From NCBI RefSeq assembly GCF_009914755.1, contig NC_060942.1: 64,000 nt of DNA; one strand, given 5' to 3'. Numbering within the stretch: the stretch's first letter is position 1; every line of letters starts with the position of its first letter. This document shows, one piece after another, positions 43,419 to 59,506 of this stretch. This DNA is from the human T2T-CHM13v2.0 reference genome, Homo sapiens. The notes under the pieces are model-generated. The model had not been told where the DNA came from and did no database searches. It saw only the letters and a list, made by a program, of their open reading frames with translations. The position numbers were made by a program, and so were the translations under genes.

Positions 43419-43622
43419 AACCTACCCTACCTCAAATATATTGCATCCATTTCAACTTAAGGTTTTTCAGCTAGTTTGTTAAAAATTCAAGATAATTCAT
43501 AAAGAATATAAGTAGAACTAATTTTCAGTTCTTAGAAAACCATCAAAACTATTAGTGAGAAGCTTTGTTTCTTTATTTCTAATGTGCTCTTCTGCATTAT
43601 TTTTAATTAAAAAAAATGTTGA

Positions 43623-44017
<395 letters not shown>

Positions 44018-45614
44018 TTAAGTTAGAGAAGATTAATCACTAATTTTAGTGGAATCAAGAATGTCTAGTAGTATAAGTGACCCAATTTCATAGCAGCACA
44101 CAAGAAGCCTTCTATTCCCTCTTCCATATGCATGTACTAGATAATAGGGCTCTTCTTTCATGGACTTGGTGGTGTTTAAATGCTTGAAGACGTGTTCCAC
44201 ACTAGTAATGAGGGCAAGATGGCATAATGCAGCACAGGATGATTACATACAACAGTGACAGTTGATGTAGCTCTATGGATTTAAAACTTCCAAGAATACC
44301 TAGCCCTGGGATCAGAGCATTGCTAGGTTGCTGGTGTATCCACGTGAAGGACCCAGATCACTTCTGGGAAGTTTAGAAGGTCAGCCCACCATGGAGGGCA
44401 TGTTAATTATGTTCATCCCATAAGATACAAAACTGAGAGAACGAGAGAGGCACAGAGGGGAAACTAATTAATGTTCCATTTATTTTAGTATAAAGAACAG
44501 AACTTCCTGCTGGAGTGGCTCAAAGCTCAAGGGATTCGGTACTTCAGCAGGGTTCCTGTATCCCAGTTTATAAAGCTTGGCAGTTGCCAGCAAGCAAATC
44601 TGATGTGAAAATTTCCAGGTTTATTTGTGACTGTTAAAATGGGAACATGTGACTTGCTAAATTTCAAAGCAAATCCAAATGAAACAAAAATCATAAAATC
44701 AACTTACCACCCTTTTTTATTTTGTCTTTGTGTCTTTAGCCACGTTGTAGTGATCCAGGTGCCATTTCAGCAACAGCAACATAGCTACACACTTGTGTAC
44801 CACCTTTCATACCATGCATCCCCAGGTGCTTTGCGATGCAGATAGAAGTGAGGTTCCCAAACCAGGCCCTGCTCATCAAGCACCCTTGGACTAAATTTTC
44901 TTCAGAGCTGAACTTCTCCGTAAAAAATAAATAACATATGAATAACTATAGCTGAATTCCCTATTGATATACAATCTGGTAATTTTTAAAACTTGAATAT
45001 ATCTTTTATATGTTTTATATAACATTCTCATTTTAAGTGACTTTAGCATTATATTTTGACAGCACCCATCCTCAATCATAAAACTGCTAAAGGGATTCAG
45101 CATTATAATGAGTTAACCTGTAGAATGTGGAATTCTTAATCTAATAGCATTTCCCTGCATAAGACATTTTTAATAGGTACCATTTCTGCAGTTCATTAAC
45201 CTAATTTTCTAGTAGGCCTCCATTAAAATAGAGCCTCTTTAGGCTTCTTTGACCAAATTTTGACATTAATTTTATAGTACAATTTGGTTGACTTGTTCAA
45301 GAAATTTAAATGAGAAAATGTGTTGAATACAAATAAGACTTATTTAGACATTACTTGGTTCATGGGGGATGAAAAGCAATTATGATGCTAATTTTAACCT
45401 CCTTTTTGTTATGGAGTACTTAAATTCAATGCCTCCATCCTAACGTGATGGAAGAATTGAGGCTTCGCCCTCTGACCACCTCTGAATAGAAAACTTAACT
45501 GGAAAGTTAAAGCATAAAATAAAAACTACCTGTAATTATGCACGCAGTACTATTGCTTATGCCCTGTTTCCTTTTTCTCCTCCTTTTTTCTCCTGATATG
45601 TATCTTCTTAAAAG

Positions 45615-45626
45615 TGCCAATAAATG
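45615..45626 (+). CDS. PTPRM: PTPRM 12-nt microexon: (V)PIN
   Basis: Pyrimidine-rich 45565-45609, acceptor cttaaaag|TGCCAATAAATG, consensus donor |gtaagt; phase 1-1. Confidence 0.9.
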
Positions 45627-46353
45627 GTAAGTTCCCCGATTCGCCCCATGGAAGAGTTGTGGAGGGAGTGGGAGTGTGTGTCTTACTGGTAGATTCTGAC
45701 AAAGCCAGCTGGTGCTGCTCTGTGCTGGCCTGCATGTTTGCCTTTGTAGAACATTCCATGTGTGATGTGTTGGTCCACAACATTTTGTCAAGCTTTCTGA
45801 TACCAGAGCATGCAAAGTGATTCATCAAAATGTTATCCCCAAACCAGGTTCCCTTTTATTTTTCCATTCTTCTTTGATTTCATGTATTAAGTCCCCATTT
45901 CCATTGCTAGCTTTATAAGCCACACCATTTTGTGCACTTTTATTTTGCTCACAGAACATTTGTGCAGAGTTTATTTATGTCATCATACGAACTACTGAAC
46001 TAATGTTTCAAAGAATACAAGACTGGTTTTGCACCAGGTCTTGATGAAGTTTCAGGTTGAAACTTTCACAAACTTTAGCACTGGAAGGCTAAAGGGCTCT
46101 TCTCAATTAGCTTTGTGAAAGCAATATATCGTTTGGACTGCTTTGTAAAAGAAAGATTTCTGCGCATTCTTATCAGTATTGCCAACCCCATTTAAATTTC
46201 TAAACATTTAACTTTTCTTTTTTGCTGAGCCATCGTAGGGAATTTTGCACCCCTAGGTGAGGGGATGCCAGGAGCCAGCTTCTTAGCATTCTCAGTGATG
46301 CCGACCTAGCTCCCTGGCTCTCCCTCATTTTCTCCCTGGCCTTCTTTTCCTAG

Positions 46354-46541
46354 ATGAAACCCACACAATGGCCAGCGATACCAGCAGCCTGGTGCAGTCC
46401 CATACTTACAAGAAGCGAGAGCCGGCCGACGTGCCCTATCAGACTGGGCAGCTCCACCCCGCCATCCGGGTGGCAGACCTCCTTCAGCACATCACACAGA
46501 TGAAGTGTGCGGAGGGCTACGGCTTCAAGGAGGAATACGAG
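46354..46541 (+). CDS. PTPRM: PTPRM coding exon (188 nt): (D)[62 protein letters not shown], pre-D1 wedge region
   Basis: Acceptor cttcttttcctag|AT, donor GAG|gtgagc; GC/CpG-rich coding composition; R2B-family motif [13 protein letters not shown]...GYGFKEEYE. Confidence 0.98.
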
Positions 46542-46671
46542 GTGAGCACAAGCTCTGTGCCAGGGCTTTCCCATTCCTTCTTGGATTCCATGCCAGGTAC
46601 TGTGCTCCCAACTCAATCAGAAAGCCAGAGAAAACCCCCTGCCCCGAGAGATGCCAGAAAGAGATGAAGTA

Positions 46672-46878
46672 CAGTTGTCCCTCAGTATTCTGGGGGATTG
46701 GTTCCAGGACCCCAGTATATGTCCAAGTCCCGGTGTGAGCCCTGTGAAACCTGAGAATCCAAAAATCCAGTCCTCCAGATCCATGGGTTTTGCATCTCAA
46801 AGATATTATATATATTCTTTTCAATCCTCATTTGATTGAATCTGCGGGTGCAGAATGCTAGGATATCAAGGCCGACTG
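46672..46878. mobile_element. Tigger-derived MITE (MER2/MER8-like)
   Basis: ta|cagttgtccctcagtattctgggggattggttccaggacccc...ggccgactg|ta; TA TSD and TIRs. Confidence 0.8.
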
Positions 46879-49369
46879 TATTTTATCCGTGGATCCACTT
46901 TCATCTGATAGTAAAACTTGTTACCAAGAAGTTCACATGCGTTACATGGAAAAAGGAAGAATGCTTTGCCTTTTACCTTATTCTGCACAAATACACAATG
47001 AAAACAAATTTACCAGGGTCTCTTCCCCTCCCCATCCTGTTTTTTTTCCCTTTTTTTCTTCTTCCCTCTGGCAGAATTAAGTTTTAGTTCATGTCTCCCT
47101 CCCCATTCTTGATCACCTTTCTTGGCTTTTCCTGTAATTATGATATGAAATCCTAATGATTTTGTAGTCATTATCTCAGGAAGAAACTGTCCACTTAAAG
47201 CAATTATAGACCAACCAGCAATGTCATGTGGTGGAGATCAGACAGCAGTACAGGGACTGGCTATTGTCATGGCAGTGACAGCTGTTACTGTCCAGCCAGC
47301 CCAGAGAGCATGCCACTGTCTTGGGCTCTTGTGTGGGCAGCTATCAGGGACATTTCTGGGAATAATGATATTCTCCGAATACATAAAATACAGGGCTTAC
47401 CCCTTTCACACCCTGTGCCATTAGTTAATTCTGTCAGAAGGTCATTCAAGAATTGAAGAGAATTAATTGATTGAAGAAATCTAATTCAAAGAAGCATGCC
47501 ATCCCTTGAGTGGGTGGTGTGGGGCCCAGGGAGCAGGACAGGAAAGTTGGATTGCTTTTTTATGTTATTAAAATCAGTCCGCAGTCATTGATGAAGTTAA
47601 AGTAGCATGCTTACTCAGAGTAAAAATAGGATTATGTAGACATGTGGTTTTTTTAAACCTTAGAATGTGGTTCTGGTCTCATATTCACCTAACTAGCTCA
47701 GAGTTGGGAAACATCTTGTCTGGAATTAGAGTGTTTTTGAAATCTGTTTCTACCACCTGGATAGTCTGTGAGTTTCCAACTCTGTTTCTTCTCTTCCTGT
47801 GGGCACACTCACAACACTTCATTTTATGCCCCAGACACTGCATTGTCTTGGGTTTAGCTCTTTTTCCAAGCTTGATCATCAGAGATTCATTACAGCAGTC
47901 AAAGCAACACATGGTACCACTGTTGGCGGAGCCTGTGCTACACTTCTTTTAGGAATAAGGCTTTGGTCCAAAGCAGACATAGACACACTTTGCTCTGCTA
48001 ACATGTGCATCCTGGTGTATTGCCAATGACCTCAGTTCAGAAGACTGTGAAGCCAAACAATCCCATCCAGACCGTGCTCCAGGGTTTAATTGAAGTCCAG
48101 AAAATATTTTCAGTTGAAGTTCTGCCTTTTAGCAACCCTGAAATTCTTAGATTTATCTTTAGCAATTCAATGTGTAAATTCAGTGAAATTGACTGCCTTT
48201 GCATATTTCCTCATGCACTTTTAAAGTCTAGCTTAGGAATTAATAGGATTAAGAGTAAGACTTCCAAAAGCTTAATATCGTATGAAAGACAAAATTAGGT
48301 TATTGAAAAAATATAAGCCTAATGAATAGGGATGATGTCTAGGTTCTATCCAATATTCTGAATGCAGATATTACTGAAATGTTTATTAAAGATGTTAAAG
48401 AGATTAGTTTTAGGCTCAAATAACAATTCATGAAATAACCTGAGCCCAATTTTCCATGGACTATTTAAAAATACCTACTTCCTATAACATGCTACAGACA
48501 ATGCATATTTGAAAGATGTAGAAAATATTTCCCATTCAGATCTTTTGAATAAATATGATTTATAAGTATAAACTGAAATATTATATACTAATTTGAACCA
48601 TATTATGACTGACAACTAATTCAGTTCTCAAAATAAAGTGTTGTATTCATTAAGTACATTGCAGAAAACTTTTTCTCATTTTAGCTATTCCGTGGTCAGA
48701 GAGGACTGCCAAAAAGTGAATACTTTTAAACCCTAAAGCCATTGTTCATTTAAAAAAAAAGAAGGAAAGGAAATAATGAACAAAACACATATACTAGAGA
48801 TGATATCAGGAACAAATAGGAAGGAGATATTGGGAGAAGTATGAAATGGGCAGTTCTGTTAGGAATAATCCCGTCACTGAGTACCGTGCCCCTTGTGCTG
48901 TCCTCCTGGAGGGATGCTGATGTTGTCGTCTAGTGGGGTAGATGACAGGGAAGTGAGGAGTGGTGATGGTGGGCGGGCATGCCTGTGCCATGGCCGCAGG
49001 GAGAAGGGGACGCCCCCTAAGAAGCGTGTGTCATGGAATGACATGCTCTGGTCTTGATGGAGGCACAGCCAGGCTTCTGGGAACTGGTGGTGGAGTGAAA
49101 GGTCCCAGACTGCAGGTACTCATATGTCCCACTTTCTCTAACCCCAGGGAGGTGTTATTCTCATGAGAATCTGGCAAATCCTTAAACAGTTATTTTTTTG
49201 AAGTTTATGTAGTTTTTAGACCTCTAATAAAACAGACCTCTTTCCATCATGCTGTAAAGTCTGCATCCTTTTCATTAACACCCACCCAGAGTCAAGAGTG
49301 TTGAGTGCTAACTGGTGTAGTGGGAGTCTCTGTGCTATTCAGTGAGGCCATCCCACCCAACAGATACTG

Positions 49370-49610
49370 AGAGGCTGTGGTTTGGAACACAGGCTCTGGC
49401 ACCCGACTGCCTGTATTCAAACTCAGCTCTGCTTCTTAGCTGTGTGACCTTCGGCAAGTTATCTAACCTCTCTGGGCCTCAGTTTCCAAATCTATAAATA
49501 GAATAATTATAGTCTCAACCTCAAAAGGTTGTTGTGAGGAGTAAATCATTTTAATGTAGGTGCTAGAATTATATCTGGCATATAGTAAGTGTTCATTTGA
49601 AGTGTTAGGT
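49370..49610 (+). mobile_element. MIR
   Basis: agctgtgtgaccttcggcaagttatctaacctctctgggcctcagtttcc. Confidence 0.85.
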
Positions 49611-52065
49611 AGTAGAAGAAAAAAAATACTAATGTATAATAAGACCAAGAGCAGAAGTTGACACCATGTTCTTTATAGGGAAACTTCGTTATACTGAGGT
49701 TTCAGTAAAACTCTCATCTCTTGCGCATAGCAGTCTGAGGATAGAGTGAGCCACATGTTATGGAAAGGGGTTATACTTTTCCTTCATCTCCAGGGCTGGA
49801 TAACTTTCTTACCATGTACCATATATCATCAAAAATTCCCGTTAACAAGTAACTTACACATAAATAGGTAGACTTGATTCTATGGATTAAGAGTTTAAGA
49901 ACTGAGAAAATAAATTTTAAGAAATATATGCTGTCATGTTTTATTGCTATAATAGTATTTCCATATCTAAGTTGGAGAGTCCTAAGGAATACTATAACTC
50001 TAGACTGCATAATCCTCCTAAAAAATTATTGGTTGCTGCATTGGTGTCTTTGGCAAAGTAGGATTTGGGGAAGAGTTTAATTTTACCAATCATACACTGT
50101 ACATGGCGCCAGGGATACAGAGAGGAGAACTGCTTCTCCGCTGTCCCCTGGGGAAGCTGACAGGGCAGGAGAAGGCAGCCAGGTAATGACTGTAGTTTGT
50201 CCAGTCAAACCCCACACCCTCTAAGAGAGATGCGCAGGCATACTCTGAAGGCCAGTGGGGTCACCTGAGCCAGCCAAGAGCAAGGATGACTTCTCTCTTG
50301 GAAGATGAGTGGGAGCTGACCAAGAGAAGGTGAAAGAGGGTAGCCATCCAGGTAGACCCAAAAGCAGGAGAATGGGGTTCTCTGGGGAAATGGCAGGAGT
50401 TCTATATGCCTGAGTCCCAGGACGGGCTGGTCTGTGGGATGAGGGTGGTCAGGGCTCCAATCACCAAAAGCACCTCCTGTGTCACACTGAGAGGTTTGGA
50501 CATCATTATAGAAGTAGTAAAAGAGAAGAAAGACTCAAATAGCCTGAGTCTCATTCCTGTACTTGGATGGAGAGCTATTTAGTCTGAACAGCTCAATTTT
50601 AAAATATTATTTGTATGAGGCACACAGGCAATGCTTAAAAGGTAATACCCCAAAAAAGTAAAGGAGAAAGGGAATGTGTATTTACTTTAAAAGTTCCTGT
50701 TGTTCTATCTCTATTCAAAAATGCCGTGGAATGCTTGGCTTCAAGACTTGTTGAAGCAGTGAATTACTTCAGTACTGAAGCATCTTTGGGGATAAAATCT
50801 AAAGAATGGCTCTGGTTGTTGCTGTGACTCTGTGTAATCATCCCATCGGCCTTTCTGGTCTTCTTCAATCTGTATATTATCAGGAAAAGCCAGTCATTTA
50901 TGTTGTAAAATTTTTTTGAAGTAGTGATGTTCTCTCTGCTGAACAGGTTTCAACCAATTCTTCTTTATCGTTTTCAAGACAGCAGTGTCTCAAAATTGGC
51001 CTAAACACCAGAAGGATTCATTACTGATCAAGTAGCCGACAGAAGTATGTCCGAACAAGAGCATACCATGTGGTGGGGATGAGATGGAGCAGAGCTCAGT
51101 GCAGGTTTTTTATTTGATTTTGTTCTAACAAGGTAGTCATATGGCACCTCTCACCAGGGAGATGCAATAATTTGATTCAAAAGAAACTCAGACATGAATC
51201 ACAATAAAGAAGTAAACATGCTGAATTGAACAGAAAATGGCATGTTGTCAACAGAGAGTGGTGCAGGGACCTCTCCAGGAGAGGAGAAAGAGCAGAAAGG
51301 GCAAGTTTGTTTATGTTGCTGTGAGAGAAGAGCTGCCTGGTTCCTCTGACAAGCAAAGGGCAGTCTGTGCTAAGCCTCTGGGGGGAACCTTTGGGCTTCC
51401 CAGAAAAGTAGAAGAGAGAGCGCTTCACTCACGAGGGACAGACAGGTCAGACTCAGCCACCCTGCCCCACGCAGACTTCTGGGCCTTTCTCAGCTAGAGT
51501 TGAACAGGGACATTTGCCATGACTGCAGCTCTGCCCTGAACCCTCACACCCAGCCCTAGACAAGGGTGTGTTGCACCCCTTGTAAGTGGCTTGATACCAC
51601 GTCAGGTCCAACGTTGTGGTGATCCTGTGCGAGTGGAGAGTGAGTTCCTCCCCTTTTGCAGTCCCCAAAGGACCTTGTTGATGGCTCGATTATTTTTTTT
51701 ATGCCTCAATTTTTGAACTGATTCTAAGTCCCTTTGGGGATCCAAGCAGAAAGACAACCTTAAGTAGGAAAACAGCCAAATTATTCTGAAAGAATATGTT
51801 TTGCTATAACTGTAAAATTAAGATAAAGAAAGGATGTCAGTTGAAGGCTACTTCCAGAGAGGATGTCCTGAAAAACACAGATGGTACTATTTTATTAGCT
51901 AATAGTGTCACTCTGGGGCACAAAAAAATGATTTCCAATTACTAGAGCTGAAACGTATCAAAGACTGAAGTAACTCTTTGCATCCTATTCTTCAAAAAAA
52001 AAAAAGTGTGTGTGTACATGTATGTATCTAAATATATTAAGAAAAGCATTATCTTTATTCCACGT

Positions 52066-52375
52066 ACTTTTTTGTTTTTGTTTGTTTTGTTTTTGAGACA
52101 GTGTCTTGCTCTGTCACCCAGGCTGGAGTGCAGTTGCACAATCTCAGCTCACTGCAACCTCTACCTCTGGATTAAAGCGATACTCAAGCCTCAGCCTCCT
52201 GAAAGCTGGAACTACAGGCTTGCACGACCATGCCCGGCTCATTTTTGTATTTTTAGTAGAGATGGATTTTCGCCATGTTACCCAGGCTGGTCTCAAACTC
52301 CTGACCTCAAGTAATCTGCCTGCCTCAGCCTCCCAAAATACTAGGATTATAGGCATGAGCTGCTGTGCTCGGCCC
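52066..52375 (-). mobile_element. Alu
   Basis: Reverse Alu; TSD ccac(g/c)tactttt. Confidence 0.9.
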
Positions 52376-52669
52376 CACCTACTTTTCTTATATTATGCCT
52401 CTCTCCTGGGCACAAACACTGTTAATTAATTTTATAGTTGAATGTGAAGATTGTTTTTTAGCTCAGTTTAAACTGGGGAATTGAAAACATTATGCCAGAA
52501 TCTTCAGAATTAGGTACAGCCTATAAAGTTTTCTGAGGAACCTGAATTTTCTTTAAACACGTCTGTCTCCTTGTAGCTCCTTTTAGGTCTTTTTTAAACA
52601 TATGAGTTGTATATCCCCCCACCTCTTATCCTTCCCCCGTTTTCTAAGTAAAACAGCTGACTTTGTTAA

Positions 52670-53068
<399 letters not shown>

Positions 53069-53120
53069 CAGATCTCCCTCTTATTTACTTGCCTCCTACC
53101 TCAGTGAAGCCAGCTGTTCT

Positions 53121-53805
<685 letters not shown>

Positions 53806-55810
53806 CCAGCATATCCTACAAAAAGCACTCCCAGAAAGCCACCTGCTCTCTGCAGAGATCGCAGTTCTGACTCCCTCCCTTCAGATGCCCTTCCATGGGA
53901 AAGGCCTTGAACTGGGGAGGACAGCCCCTGGAATTTTGAGACCAGCCCAGCAGCAGGGCGCGGGAGGAAGGCGCCCCGGGCATCTGGGCTCCCCCTTGTT
54001 GGGAGTTGGTTGGCAGAGGGAGAATTGCACACACTTCTAGACGACTTTTCAGAATGGTGCACAGCAGCCCCTTCGCTGGCTTTTGCACAAAGAAGCAGGG
54101 GCAGGTGGAATCAAAGGCGCTTTGTGTTACTCAGCTGACAGAACATTGCCTGTGCACAGCTGGTTCATAGATTCTGTGTGCAGTCCAGAGGGAGAGGCGC
54201 CCCTTCCCTCACCTCCAGCCCACACACTTTTCAGATGTGCTTTTCAGTTCCTGCTTCATATTTCGAGGGACCAGCTGAGTCAATCAATTGGCACAATCAG
54301 TGCAGGTTGTTTTCTGTCCCATAGGATACAAAACAAACAAAACAAAACCAAACCATTGAAGGCTAAGGATGGGGAGCTGGGGGTGGGGAGGCACTGGCAG
54401 GCACTGTAAATGCATTAAGAATCACACGGCTGTGTCTCCAATGGCTGAAGCAGCCAAGTGATTTTTGACGCTCTTTTTTCCTTTAATTATTATGGTGCTG
54501 GTGAGCCAGGTCCATAAGAAAATGATAAACACTTCTAGAACTCTGAAATTTTGAGATGGCTTCAAGCTATTTGGGCAAGTAAGGTGTATGTGTTTATGGG
54601 TACTTTCTTAGTGGGTGAAAGTTTCTGCGTATTTTTAAATAATGCAATAGAGAGTTGGTTTTGACATGAATATTTGGTTTATTTTTTTTTCTGAAGTACC
54701 AGTAGAAAAGTGTGTTTTATGTGTTGCCTGCTTCACTCAGTCCGCCTGCTTTCGGGGCCTCTTTCACATCAGCTAATTTTTTATACAGTTTTCGTTTGCC
54801 CTTGCCTCTGATGACATCATATACAAGCTCAGACTTCAGAAAATTAGATTAAAAATTGTTATTTCCTACAACTCTCCATGCTCCCGCTGATGATAATTCA
54901 TGGCAGTTGATGTTTTCCTATTTGTGTGAAGCACTTCTAGGCAACTGTCTGGTTTCCATTTTGAAGCTGGTTATTAGAATTTTCTGTATCTAACCTGAAA
55001 GAAGTTAAGCAATTTTCCCACTTGTTAACATGCTTTTAGTGTCAGATGCCATTAGCCACAAGTGCCTTCTTGGAGGACCTGGCCCAGAAAGGATAGTGAA
55101 CGTGCCCGTGTGCCAGCATCTGCGGACCTTATGTGTGTCTGGTACTGGTCCTCCTGCTTTTGATTAGTTTGATGCTGTCACCGCCCACTAACATGGTCAA
55201 ACTAGATATTTCACGGTTGCCATTGCCCCTGCCGCTCCCTCATTTCCACACCAGCAGGCTCAAGTCCCAACTGCTCTCTCTCCTCCCCATTTTCAGTGGC
55301 TGCCCTCTCTCCCCTCCCCTAGGGCCTGCCCTGATCACTTGTCTGTGCCATCGGAAGAGTCCCCTGACTTGTCTTCCTACCTAGTCTTTCCCCTTCAAAT
55401 CTGTTCCAGACTCTGCAACCAGTTTTCTTTGTAAGACATGGATGTTATCATGTTTGACTGATGCTGAAAACTATGCCACGGATTCTTTCCAAAAATAAGA
55501 ACCTCAGCATAGCACATTCAGCCCTCTGTGTCAAGACCTCACTCTGTGTTTCAGACTTTCGTTGTAATGCAGGTGCTTCCCACCGTGCAGGCTGTGCTCT
55601 GCTTCTGCTCATGTACTCGCCACCCTGCCATCCTCCAGGCCTCCAGGGCTCATGCTGCAGGTTGTGGCCTCTGCCTGGCCGTGACTTCAGCTCCTCCTTC
55701 ACTTGCCAAATCCCTTTGGACACAGCTCAGATGTGACTGCCCCCCAAGCTGTCCCTGATCCCAACCAGAAACAACCATTCCCCCTACAGTCTCACAGCTC
55801 TGTGTTTGAA

Positions 55811-55891
55811 TAATATAGTAGGCAATATATTAACTGATAATACAGTAGGCAGTATATTAACTGATAATATAGTAGGCAATATATTAATTGA
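55811..55891. repeat. Minisatellite, 3 x 27 bp (taatatagtaggcaatatattaactga)
   Basis: Units start at 55811, 55838 and 55865, with 1-2 mismatches each. Confidence 0.93.
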
Positions 55892-56178
55892 TTTATTCAG
55901 TACGTATTTGACAAACAATACTGAATATGTGCTGAATTGATTTCTATGTAGTTACACCTTGTAATTCATATTTGATGAATTGATTTCTGCATATTTAAAC
56001 ACATACACCTGTTCCTGGGGAAATGATAGAGATGGATATAGAACTATTAAAAAATACAAGCTCAGAATGTTACAAATCATCATATAGGATCGGGTGGGCT
56101 AGGGGTATCCAGTCAGAAAAACTGTATGGACCAACTTGAACCTGATCAATACTGATCACCTAAAAATGGAAAGCATAG

Positions 56179-56533
<355 letters not shown>

Positions 56534-56585
56534 TGAGGATGAACATTTTTAATACATGTTTGCTTTACATTTCTTATTTAACCTT

Positions 56586-57361
56586 GTGGCAGGAATGAAA
56601 TATATTTGGTCTTTGTGCCTGGTTCCTGACACTGAGCTCTTAAAACCCTTGGGATTTTATGAGTGATAAGAGCATCTTTTACTAAAATCTAACTTGATGC
56701 TAATGTTGACTTAGAGTGGAGCCCTTAGCTAGCCTCAGGATGGGGTGGGTCTCCAGAAAAACCTAATGATTAGAGAGTTGGAACTTTTTCAGCCCCACAC
56801 ACCAACCTCCAGCGAAGAGGGGTAGAGGCAGCTAGAGATCACACTCTCTAAAAACTCGAACAAGCTGTGATGAGCTTCTGGGCTGCTGAATATATACATG
56901 GAGGTGCTGGGTGGTGGCACATCCACAGAGGGCATGGAAGCTTGGCGTCCTGGCCCCATACCCAGTCCTACGCACCTGTTCGTGTGGTTGCTTGCCTGTA
57001 TCCTTTATAATAAACCAGTAAATGTGTGTTCCCTGAGTTCTGTGAGCTGCTCTAGTGAATAAATTAAACCTAAGGAGGATGTCATAGGAACCTTGATTGA
57101 TAGTATAGATGACAGCCTACTACTGGGGACTGGCATCTGAAGCGGGGGATTGCCATCTTGTGGGACTGAGGCCTCAGCCTATGGGATCTGACTCCAGGTA
57201 GAAAGTGTCAGAGTGGAAGCGAATGAGAGGAAACAGAGTTGATGTCCACTGGAGAGTTGTTTGGTGTGGAAAAATCCTGCACGTCTGATGACAGCAGTGT
57301 TCTGTGCTGGGCTGAATGTGTGAGAGGAGAAAAAGCACTTTGGCTTTTCCTATCTCTTACC
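56586..57361 (+). mobile_element. MER21-family LTR
   Basis: gagggcatggaagct, tgtatcctttataataaaccagtaaat, ccctgagttctgtgagctgctctag, ctccaggtagaaagtgtcaga. Confidence 0.78.
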
Positions 57362-57614
57362 AACCGCTAATAGAAGCAATGTAGAATTATTTACATGAGA
57401 CTGTAGTGCATTTCATAACATGACTATTCCAACAAAGAAACTCTATATCATCATAGACAGTTTCACAGCTCATAAAGGCATTTCAGAGGCAAGTGAGGCT
57501 TTGAGGGGTGGACTTTCCATAAGTCTTGCTTGGCTGCTAGAACTTTCATGATGTTGAGGGTACCTGCCCTTGTACTAACACCTACTATATCGGCACTGTA
57601 CAAAGAACACACCA

Positions 57615-57929
<315 letters not shown>

Positions 57930-59411
57930 CTACACACACAGCACACACAGAGATGTTTATTTCTAACCACAATGCTATTACATTACTATCAAACCCATTT
58001 TCCAGATGAGAAAATGAGTCAGAATTTAAGTAACTCACCCCAGGCTGTCCTGTCTAGAGTTGCAGGCAGGCTGGAGCAACACAAAGCCTGTGTTCTTTCT
58101 ACTGAAGCACATGACTTCTGTATGAAACTCCATGAAGACACAGACCTATGGAAATAACCTTGTGTTTTATTGATGTGACTTGTGATTTCAAGGCAGGAAT
58201 GTTAGTTTTCCTCTCTGCTGTTGTGTTTGCTTTGAACAGCGATTTGTTCTTTGGCAGAGGACCCATCCAGCCTGGGGCCCCGTTGACAGCGCCAATTCTG
58301 CTGTGTTTCAGCAGCTCAGCAGCAGCAGATGCTGTCCATTAATCTCACTCAGGGTCTCAGCTCTGTGACATGAGGTCCCTGCAACATTGCTCCTCCCTGC
58401 TCTAGTTTCTCATTGTCTGAGGAATGCAGGAAAATCATTCTGAAGATATCCGCCATCCTGGCTCATCTGACATGACCAGTTCTAGGCTAAAACCAAGCTA
58501 CAGCTCTTGAGAGCCGTAGATTCCATGTGCTGCTCTCCTGGGTTATTGCGTGGCTGCCAACCAACCTTGCAGCAAGAAGAAGGGAGAAGAGAAGAAGAAG
58601 ACAAGTTTGTAAGCCTGAGTTGGGCATGAAAGCCCAAGGTTTTCTAAAAAATCTTCTCTGGAAGTTGATGAATCTTTTTTCAATGGAATGATACAAAATA
58701 ACTGACAATCTTATTAACCTCATGGCAGAGCCAAGAAAACACCTTATGCTTTGATTAAATGATACAAAAAATAACCAGTTGAAAAGTCAATTTTTTTTCA
58801 AATAACAGTGCTGTGTTATAGAAAGGACAGTGGATTAGGAATCAGAAGGCAAATGTGGGTCATGGTTCCTCTCTGCGAACTCTCTAACACTGGAACATTG
58901 AGGAAATCACGGAACTTCCATGAAGGAACTTCCATCAGTTGTGACAGCAACTACTCACAAAATGTCTCTGATATTAGCAGTAGTACGGTCTCCTTAGAGA
59001 TGCTGGATTTCCAGTTTCATGGGCGTATTCTCATGGATGGAATGTTTTTCAGTGGGCGACACTAACTGGCTGTTGGAGATCTGTGTGGGGACATGGCCAT
59101 CACGTATGATCCACAGGCACTTCTCTGGTTCTCTGTGGCTGGTTCTGATTTTATTCCAAGTTTCTGAATGAGGTGGTTTCTATCCCGATGTGCCCTTCCT
59201 ATCTTTTCTTCCTCTTGTCTCCCCTCATTTCAGCCTCTTCCGAATCTCACTTCTAACCCACACCCCATCTCCAAAACACTGGGAAGTCTGCATTGAGATG
59301 ATAAGGTTATAGTATTAGCACACTTTTGTATCAAGTTCTCACAGTGTCTGAAATGTGGTTATGATTCCATGATGTCTCTAATCCCTACTCACCCAGTTCT
59401 TAAGAATCATG

Positions 59412-59506
59412 GGCAACCCTGCTTGGGTCCCCTTCCACGCTGTGGAAGCTTTGTTCTTTTGCTCTTCACTGTAAACCTTGCTACCACTCAAAAAAAAAAA
59501 AAAAAA
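59412..59506 (+). mobile_element. Retroposed polyadenylated LTR12/MER52-type LTR 3' fragment
   Basis: ggcaaccctgcttgggtccccttccacgctgtggaagctttgttcttttgctc...actc plus poly(A); TSD aagaatcatg/aagaatcgtg. Confidence 0.8.

Noticed and set aside
44740-44758. Strong acceptor tttgtctttgtgtctttag followed by ccag|gtgcca
   Set aside because: Donor is weak, length is 19 nt with an immediate in-frame stop, and there is no other support.
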